Assembly: GCA_046754465.1 (NCBI GenBank)
Contig: JBHHVU010000025.1
Span: 1-41,593 of the forward strand
Length of the DNA: 41,593 nt
Direction: 5' to 3'
Origin: Nitrospinaceae bacterium
GTDB taxonomy: Bacteria > Nitrospinota > Nitrospinia > Nitrospinales > VA-1
The notes under the pieces are model-generated. The model saw only the letters and a program-made list of their open reading frames with translations. It searched no databases and had not been told where the DNA came from. Position numbers and translations under genes: made by a program. Numbering within the stretch: the stretch's first letter is position 1; each line of letters starts with the position of its first letter. Positions 35,675-41,593 of this stretch are shown here, piece by piece.

Positions 35675-36524
35675 TGCGGATCACGAAATGATGAAAGAGC
35701 AGGGTCAGGATAAATTGAATACCCAGGAAAAGTACCATGAGCGGTAAAGCCGCTTTCAGGATGCCCGGAACCGCGAGCAGGATAAAGAGGAACAACACGA
35801 GATCCGGTCCGTTCCACCGCCACACCGCCGTGAGCGGTTGGATGTTATGGAGGTAAAGGGTTCTTTGTTTTCCGGTTGATAGGGCTTTTGCCGCAGCCGC
35901 TTCCCGTTCTTCGTCAAAGCCAGCCAGGGAGTCCCAGCGGCCCTGGAAGATGAGGCGCTGGGTCTGGAGGTAATAAAAATAGAGCACGGAAATTCGGGAT
36001 CCGGTTTTCTTGAAATTTCGGTAAGCCTTTCGGATGTCCTCGAGGGTCGCATCATTTCCCTGTTGGATGATCGATGTCAGGGTCTGCTTGCAATAGTCGT
36101 AGGCGATGGCCTTCAAAATGGTCAGCACGGTGAGCCCCGCGAGGGGTAGGTAATGGTCGCCTAAACCCCTCATCATGCCGAACACCACGGCTAGGTAAGC
36201 GATGTAACCCGCGATGCCGTCAAGGATTCTTCCCCATTCACTGGCGCAGCCCTTGGCGCGCGCCAACTGCCCGTCCACGCAATCCAGAATGAGGGTAACC
36301 TCCAGCAGCAAACCTCCGGCAACCATGGCCGGTTGTGTTCCCAGGCTGAACATGTAAGCCGACGCCAAACCGAATAAAACCGAAGCGTAGGTGACCTGGT
36401 TGGGAGTGATTCTTGTATTCTTCAGCCATGGGACGAGACGGCCCGCCAAGGGAATATGGATATAGCGGTTAACCGGTTCCACCAGGTCCGGAAGAATATG
36501 GCTGGGTTTCCCGGGAATGGTCAC
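35658..36524 (-). CDS. CDP-alcohol phosphotransferase family protein
   Basis: ITPNQVT and DCVDGQLAR...GRILD signature; multiple TM helices; GTG start 3 nt after the upstream stop. Confidence 0.88.
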   Translation of the reverse strand: MTIPGKPSHILPDLVEPVNRYIHIPLAGRLVPWLKNTRITPNQVTYASVLFGLASAYMFSLGTQPAMVAGGLLLEVTLILDCVDGQLARAKGCASEWGRILDGIAGYIAYLAVVFGMMRGLGDHYLPLAGLTVLTILKAIAYDYCKQTLTSIIQQGNDATLEDIRKAYRNFKKTGSRISVLYFYYLQTQRLIFQGRWDSLAGFDEEREAAAAKALSTGKQRTLYLHNIQPLTAVWRWNGPDLVLFLFILLAVPGILKAALPLMVLFLGIQFILTLLFHHFVIRNETLA

Positions 36525-36527
36525 GGC

Positions 36528-37535
36528 CTATATCCATTGATGTTTTTTATACCAGTCCAAGGTTTCTTCCATGCCCTTGCGGAGATCGTAGTGGGGTTGG
36601 AAATTGTACTGGGCAAAAAATTTTTTTGGCGATGCGGTCCATGAGCTTTGACGAATATCGATCATCCGTTGCCGGTCCAGCAGGGGAGCTTTCGCGGTGA
36701 ACATGGAAACAAATTCCAGACCAAGGGCGATCAGGGTCAAACCCCCCTCCGGAATGACGATGGTTTTCGGCCGGGTTTTTAAAATGTCCGCCACGGTATG
36801 AACCACGTCGGTCCAGGCATGGGCCTGGCCGTCGGTGATGAAAAAAATATTTTCCTTTTCCGGCGGGCGGGTGGCCGCGCGGACCATGGCCCGAACCAGG
36901 TCCTTGATGTAAATCAGGGAGACCTCCCGGGCGGAGTTGCCCATTTGCACGTTCCATCCCCTATCCATGGCTTTTAGAAAAGTGAAGAAATTTTTTTCTC
37001 CCGGGCCATAGACCACCGGCGGACGCAAAATAACGATGGGGAGAGCCGGGAAAAATTGCCTGGCAATCTCTTCCCCGGCTCGTTTGGATTGACCATAAAA
37101 AGTGAGAGGATTGCAGGGAGTGTTCTCGTCCACCTCCCCGCCGGGGCGGGCCGGACCCACCGCGGCCAGGCTGCTTATATGGACGATCGACTTCAGGGAG
37201 TTCCCCCGTTCGGCCAACCCCTGATAAAACGGTCTGCAGGCTTCCCCGTTGATCCGGAAAAACGCTTCCCGGGTTTTCGCCCGGGTCAACCCGGCGCAGT
37301 GAAAAACGTAGTCCGTTTGTTCCACACAAGAGTCCGGGGGAGGGGATCCCACGAGGTCGGCTTTGTGGAGGTGGACCCGGGAAAGGTCGAGACCCCGCAA
37401 ATCGCTGGTTTCCCGCACCAGGCAATGCACCGTGCATCCACGTTGCAGCAAATAATCGACCAGGTGGCGACCGATAAATCCAGAGGCGCCGGTTACCAGA
37501 ACCGTTGATTTGTCAAGATCGGCAAATTCGTTCAT
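36528..37535 (-). CDS. Extended-SDR NAD(P)-dependent oxidoreductase; probable ceramide/3-keto-sphingoid reductase (CerR-like)
   Basis: TGASGFIG Rossmann motif, HISSLAA, YGQSK (YxxxK) and RPPVVYGPG; lies downstream of spt and cerS-like genes. Confidence 0.8.
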   Translation of the reverse strand: MNEFADLDKSTVLVTGASGFIGRHLVDYLLQRGCTVHCLVRETSDLRGLDLSRVHLHKADLVGSPPPDSCVEQTDYVFHCAGLTRAKTREAFFRINGEACRPFYQGLAERGNSLKSIVHISSLAAVGPARPGGEVDENTPCNPLTFYGQSKRAGEEIARQFFPALPIVILRPPVVYGPGEKNFFTFLKAMDRGWNVQMGNSAREVSLIYIKDLVRAMVRAATRPPEKENIFFITDGQAHAWTDVVHTVADILKTRPKTIVIPEGGLTLIALGLEFVSMFTAKAPLLDRQRMIDIRQSSWTASPKKFFAQYNFQPHYDLRKGMEETLDWYKKHQWI

Positions 37536-38634
37536 AAATACGATGCCGTTTATAAACCTTCCCGCCAATCCGACGAATGGGGCCCAGCATGGCTCGATTG
37601 TCTTCCAGAATCCAGGACATCTCGATCAGGGCGGCTTGGTTTTGGGCAAGCCATTTGTAGGTTTCATAATAAAACCCCACGTCTATTCCCATGTTTTGGA
37701 AATTCTTTTTCACCCCAAGGGTCAGCACCCGGTACCCATCGATTTTTTTCTTGTTGAGGTGGTACTTGACCAATCCGAAAGGGAAGATTTTTCCGTTCAT
37801 CGATTTGAGGGCCTGGTTGATGTTGGGAAGGCTCAGGGAGAAGCCGGCGGGCTGGCCCTTGACCTCGGCGACAAAACAAAGATCGGGTAGAATAATGCGG
37901 TTCATTTCCTTCGCCGCGAAACCAAACTCTTTACGCGTCATGGGGACGAATCCCCAGTTCCGGCTCCAGGCCGAGTTGTAGACCTCCCAAAGGATATCGA
38001 TTTCCTGGTCGAACCGGTTCAATCTTAAATGTCGCAGAGTGAAATGACCTCTCTTCCGGATTTTGGCCATCGCGCGTTCCAGGTAATCGGGAATTTTCTT
38101 GGGATGAAGTTTCAGGGAAAGGAGATCCTTGGCTTTGACCATTCCCCATTGAGTGAAAAGGTCAGGGTAGTAAGGCGGATTGAAGGGGATTCCTATCATG
38201 GGAGGGATGTCGAAACCCTCCACGAGCAAACCGCATTCGTGGTTGGTGGAAAGATTCATGGGCCCCATCATTTTCTGGAATCCCCTGGACCGGCACCAGT
38301 CATGGGCGGTATCGAGCAGGAGGTTGGCGGCCGCTTGATCCTCGATGCATTCGAACATGCCGATGAAGCCGACGTTTTCCGAGTGGAATTCGTTGTAGGC
38401 ACGGTCGCCGATGAGGGCCACCCGTCCTACGGGTTCCCCGCCCGTGGAATGAACCAGATAAAGCTCGACCTCGGCGTGTTCGAAGAAGGGATTGATTTGC
38501 GGATCCAGGAATTTTTTCCGTTCGACGAGAAGCGGGGGCACCCATAAAGGGTTATCGTTATAAATCGCCCACGGCAGGCGAATGAATTTCTTTTTGTCTT
38601 GCTCGGAGGATACCTTTTTTAACTCCAGGTTCAT
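37513..38634 (-). CDS. GNAT-fold N-acyltransferase; probable bacterial ceramide synthase (bCerS-like)
   Basis: Family blocks WVPPL, NPFFEHAE, GPMNLSTNHECGLLVEGF, NPPYY, AWSRNWGFVPMT and EMSWILEDN; start overlaps the spt stop (TAATG). Confidence 0.8.
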   Translation of the reverse strand: MNLELKKVSSEQDKKKFIRLPWAIYNDNPLWVPPLLVERKKFLDPQINPFFEHAEVELYLVHSTGGEPVGRVALIGDRAYNEFHSENVGFIGMFECIEDQAAANLLLDTAHDWCRSRGFQKMMGPMNLSTNHECGLLVEGFDIPPMIGIPFNPPYYPDLFTQWGMVKAKDLLSLKLHPKKIPDYLERAMAKIRKRGHFTLRHLRLNRFDQEIDILWEVYNSAWSRNWGFVPMTRKEFGFAAKEMNRIILPDLCFVAEVKGQPAGFSLSLPNINQALKSMNGKIFPFGLVKYHLNKKKIDGYRVLTLGVKKNFQNMGIDVGFYYETYKWLAQNQAALIEMSWILEDNRAMLGPIRRIGGKVYKRHRIYERICRS

Positions 38635-39962
38635 TATTGAGGAATTATTCCCAACTTCGAACCAAATTTTTTAAAAGAGGTGAGAACCTGGTCCAGATCC
38701 TCCCGAGTATGGTTTGCGGTAAAACTGGTTCGAATCATGGCATTGAGAGGCGGGACCACCGGTGAAACCGCCACCCCGGCGAATATCCCGTCATCGAAAA
38801 GAAGCCGGTTCAACAAAAGGGTCAAGGCTTCATCGCCGATTTTAATGGGGACAATGGGGACCTGGTTGTTGTTGACCTGGAACCCCATGTCGAAGAATCC
38901 TTTTTTGATATAGGAGGTATTGCCGTGCAGCCGGCTCAACCGGAAAGGTTCGCGGATCATGATGTCCAGGGCGGTGGTGACTCCGGCGACGGACGCGGGG
39001 GGCAGGGCCGCCGTGAAGATGAAGGCCGACGCCTTGTGACGGATGAATTCGGTTACTTTGGATTTCGCGGAGACGAATCCACCGATGGAACCGAGGCTTT
39101 TGGAAAAGGTTCCGACATAAATATCCACTTCATTTTCCAGGTTGTAGTAATTGGTTAGGCCTCTTCCGCGGTCTCCTATCACCCCCAAACCATGAGCTTC
39201 ATCCACCAGCACCGTTGCCTTGTAATCCCGCGCCAGTTTCACGATCCCGGGAAGGTTGACGATATCTCCGCTCATACTGAAAATGGAGTCGGTGATGATG
39301 AGTTTACCTTTCACCTCCGAATATTTTTTCAGATAATACTCGAGGTGATCCATGTCGTTGTGCCGGTATCGAATGGTTTTTCCCGGCGCAATGGCGCAGC
39401 CCTCGTAAATGCTCGCGTGGTTTTCGCGGTCTGAAAAAGCGATATCCTTACGTCCGAGTAGGCACGAAATGGTTCCCTGGTTGGCTTGGAAACCCGTGGA
39501 CATGACAATGGTGTCTTCCCGGTTCAGGAATTGGGAAAGTTCTCTTTCCAGTGTTTTGTGCAGGCTGAGAGTGCCGTTAAGAAAACGGCTTCCGGTGCAT
39601 CCCGCTCCAAATTTCTCAAGAGCTTTTGTGGCCGATTCGATCACCCGCGAATCCTTGGCCAGTCCCAGGTAATTGTTGGTCGATATCGTGATGGCGGTTT
39701 TCCCGTCGATGACCACCCGGGACCCCTCCATTTCTTCTATTTCGCGAAAGAAAGGGTATATGCCTAATTCTTTCGCCTGTTCCGGCGCATCATAATTGAA
39801 GCATTTGGAAAGAATGTCCTTCTCCTTGTCCGTTGAAAACCGGAGGTGGGAGCTTTCGAAATCGAACTTTTCCTTTAGAAGAGAAATAATTTTATTGCGT
39901 TTCAAATGCGGGGGAAGATCGGAGTGATTCTTGTCTTGAAACTGCAGTTTGAAATATTTCAC
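38634..39962 (-). CDS. spt: PLP-dependent alpha-oxoamine synthase; probable serine palmitoyltransferase
   Basis: YPFFREI, NNYLGL, GCTGSRFLNGT (SPT-type), NHASI, DEAHGLG and PLP-lysine GTFSKS; neighbours are cerS/cerR-like. Confidence 0.85.
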   Translation of the reverse strand: MKYFKLQFQDKNHSDLPPHLKRNKIISLLKEKFDFESSHLRFSTDKEKDILSKCFNYDAPEQAKELGIYPFFREIEEMEGSRVVIDGKTAITISTNNYLGLAKDSRVIESATKALEKFGAGCTGSRFLNGTLSLHKTLERELSQFLNREDTIVMSTGFQANQGTISCLLGRKDIAFSDRENHASIYEGCAIAPGKTIRYRHNDMDHLEYYLKKYSEVKGKLIITDSIFSMSGDIVNLPGIVKLARDYKATVLVDEAHGLGVIGDRGRGLTNYYNLENEVDIYVGTFSKSLGSIGGFVSAKSKVTEFIRHKASAFIFTAALPPASVAGVTTALDIMIREPFRLSRLHGNTSYIKKGFFDMGFQVNNNQVPIVPIKIGDEALTLLLNRLLFDDGIFAGVAVSPVVPPLNAMIRTSFTANHTREDLDQVLTSFKKFGSKLGIIPQ

Positions 39963-40107
39963 GTTGCTTCGACGCGTCCTCTGATGAAGGGTTGAAAGGT
40001 GGTTCGCGAAAGAATTTATCGGGGAAGGGAAAAAGCCAAACTCCCTCCACCATAAAATCTTGTCAATCCACCTGATCGATTGGTATCCACTTTCCGGAAG
40101 CAGGGAT

Positions 40108-40136
40108 AGGCTACCATTAATTGTCTGTTTCTACAA
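40108..40136 (-). promoter_or_regulatory. Candidate sigma70 promoter of the spt operon
   Basis: Minus strand TTGTAG-17 nt-TAGCCT with an extended -10 TG, about 150 nt upstream of spt. Confidence 0.4.
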
Positions 40137-40296
40137 GCGATAGCGTGAAAAGGATTGGAAAAAAGAGGGGGTTTTCGGGGGATGGATTTCAGTCCATTTT
40201 TTTTTGGAAAGGATTCCGCGGATAAAAATTTACAGGTTCTCCAGGAGCGGGGGCCGGAAAAACCCGGGAAGAATTTTCCGTCTAAAACTTTGGGAT

Positions 40297-40851
40297 TTAA
40301 CGGCTCTGGACCGGCGGCCGGCCCATATTTTTTCGCAAGGAAGCCAGTTTGTTGACCAAGTGGGTGATTTTGGGATGACCCGGTTTCAAGGTTTTCTCCC
40401 GGATTTCCAGGGCCCGCATATACAAAGATTCCGCCTGGGAATATTGGCCCAGGGTTTCATACAGCAGCCCCAGATTGTTGAAAACAATCGCGACCCGGGG
40501 ATGCCCCGACCCAAGCGTATTGATCAGAATTTTCAGCGACCGCAGGTACAACACCTCGGCGTCCGCATGGTCCCCTAATTTTCGTTTCAGTTCGGCCAGG
40601 TTGTTCAAGGCCTGAGCCACTTTGGGATGCGTGGAACCCAAAATGCTTTCCCGTATTTTCAGTGTTTCCCTGGCAAGGGGAACCGCATCCTTAAATTTTC
40701 CTTTTTGGTAAAGCATCATGACTTGACGGTTCAAATTTTCGGACGGGTCGAGGGTCTCCAGTCCCGATGCCGGGAAAACCATGCTCAGCAAAAGCACCAG
40801 GGAACAGGCAAGTTGAAAAAGTATTTTCTGGGATGAAATGGAATGGTTCAT
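40297..40851 (-). CDS. Exported TPR protein (kinesin-light-chain-type 42-aa repeats)
   Basis: Signal-peptide-like N-terminus; repeats LGSTHPKVAQALNNLA, LGSGHPRVAIVFNNLG and LKPGHPKITHLVNKLA; GAGGA Shine-Dalgarno before ATG 40851. Confidence 0.85.
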   Translation of the reverse strand: MNHSISSQKILFQLACSLVLLLSMVFPASGLETLDPSENLNRQVMMLYQKGKFKDAVPLARETLKIRESILGSTHPKVAQALNNLAELKRKLGDHADAEVLYLRSLKILINTLGSGHPRVAIVFNNLGLLYETLGQYSQAESLYMRALEIREKTLKPGHPKITHLVNKLASLRKNMGRPPVQSR

Positions 40852-40915
40852 TTTTATCCTCAAAAAAACGAGTTTCACAAGGCAGGAATCCGGGAACCCC
40901 GGCGCGCCTGGGTCA

Positions 40916-41095
40916 TTAATTAAGATTCTGGTTCAAGTTTTTCAGGACCCTTTCCTTCTCCAGGCGAGCCTGTTCATATTTGGTACGCAATTCCTTCATT
41001 TCCATTCTGAGCTTTTGATTTTCCGAATATAATTTGATGGAGGACTCAATCAGGCTCAGGTTGGATTTCATTAATTCTATCAGCTTGTCGTTCAT
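40916..41095 (-). CDS. Small coiled-coil hypothetical protein (59 aa)
   Basis: AAAGGTG 5 nt before ATG 41095; heptad-rich ENQKLRMEMKELRTKYEQARLEKERVLKNL. Confidence 0.6.
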   Translation of the reverse strand: MNDKLIELMKSNLSLIESSIKLYSENQKLRMEMKELRTKYEQARLEKERVLKNLNQNLN

Positions 41096-41161
41096 GAATT
41101 CACCTTTATGAAAATTTCTCTGGGGATGCCCGCCCGAATAGGAGTCGAACGGGCGTATCAT

Positions 41162-41425
41162 TCATCCCCAGTCGTATTCGGTTTTGTATCGGGAAAAAGT
41201 GTGTTTGCAAGTGATCTCGTATCCGTTCAAAACACTGCAATGGGTTTCCGGGCAAACGGAATTGGGCGGGGGCGCCGCATCGAGGATAGGGACGGGACCG
41301 TTCTGGATCGTCCGAAGCTTGCTCCCGGATACACTTGGGTTATGGATTGCCACGGTTAAGTTATGAATGGCTTTCGTCAATTGGTTGATTGCCTTCTCCA
41401 GATTCTTGATAGGGGCATTTTCCAT
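41162..41425 (-). CDS. Hypothetical protein (87 aa) with heptad repeats and a Cys/His cluster
   Basis: GGAG Shine-Dalgarno; co-oriented with its neighbours; KAINQLT/KAIHNLT/VAIHNPS repeats. Confidence 0.55.
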   Translation of the reverse strand: MENAPIKNLEKAINQLTKAIHNLTVAIHNPSVSGSKLRTIQNGPVPILDAAPPPNSVCPETHCSVLNGYEITCKHTFSRYKTEYDWG

Positions 41426-41497
41426 TTTCCGTCTCCAGGCACTTAAAGGTTAAGTGTTGCCTCGTTCGGTAGACCCGGAAGGGTCCCGCCCTTGGTT

Positions 41498-41593
41498 TTA
41501 CCAATCGTAATAATCATCCGTCTCCATGGGACCCATTTGATACTGGTCTTGCCACTGCTCCTGGTACTGCTCTTGGTACTGTTCCTGGTACTG
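41498..41593 (-). CDS. 3' end of a protein with (QYQE)n tetrapeptide repeats (5'-truncated by the window)
   Basis: Hand translation gives QYQEQYQEQYQEQWQDQYQMGPMETDDYYDW*; the identical QYQE units differ only at synonymous positions. Confidence 0.6.
   Translation of the reverse strand, partial: QYQEQYQEQYQEQWQDQYQMGPMETDDYYDW
41534..41593. repeat. Degenerate 12-bp tandem repeat, at least 5 units, running off the window end
   Basis: catttgatactg gtcttgccactg ctcctggtactg ctcttggtactg ttcctggtactg. Confidence 0.85.

Noticed and set aside
36528..37535. Calling the SDR and MMPL genes a hopanoid (hpnA/hpnN) cluster
   Set aside because: No squalene-hopene cyclase or other hpn genes are in the window, and both genes are translationally coupled to spt/cerS-like genes.
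38634..39962. Calling the PLP enzyme BioF (AONS), Kbl or HemA
   Set aside because: The GSRFLNGT and YPFFREI blocks and the cerS/cerR-like neighbours favour SPT; no bio, tdh or hem genes are nearby. A phylogeny is still needed for certainty.
41534..41593. Terminal repeats as a CRISPR array
   Set aside because: The 12-bp units are contiguous with no spacers and vary synonymously, so this is a coding repeat.

Overview
Bacterial chromosomal window with two parts. (1) 1-27261, + strand: an uninterrupted core transcription/translation superoperon: rpoB (5'-truncated by the window), rpoC, the str operon (rpsL-rpsG-fusA-tuf), and the S10, spc and alpha clusters through rpoA-rplQ. rpmD (uL30) and map are absent from their usual slots. 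RpoB carries an extra N-terminal Cys4 zinc ribbon that is 16/25 identical to the RpoC clamp zinc ribbon, plus an extra beta-beta'-module-like repeat. (2) 27342-41593, accessory region: an orphan membrane sensor histidine kinase with an internal 17-bp tandem duplication, a secreted DxDxDG protein with a sigma54-like promoter, a STAS-like protein, trmL, two tandem CBS-pair proteins, and several small proteins. It also holds the most interesting element, a translationally coupled five-gene minus-strand operon (39962-33242): serine palmitoyltransferase, GNAT-fold ceramide synthase, SDR-fold ceramide reductase, CDP-alcohol phosphotransferase and an MMPL/RND exporter. Together these look like a complete phosphosphingolipid synthesis-and-export system. 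The lineage is an inference only (a diderm bacterium, most reminiscent of Nitrospinota-type genomes) and needs a phylogeny. No rRNA, tRNA, CRISPR array or mobile element was seen.
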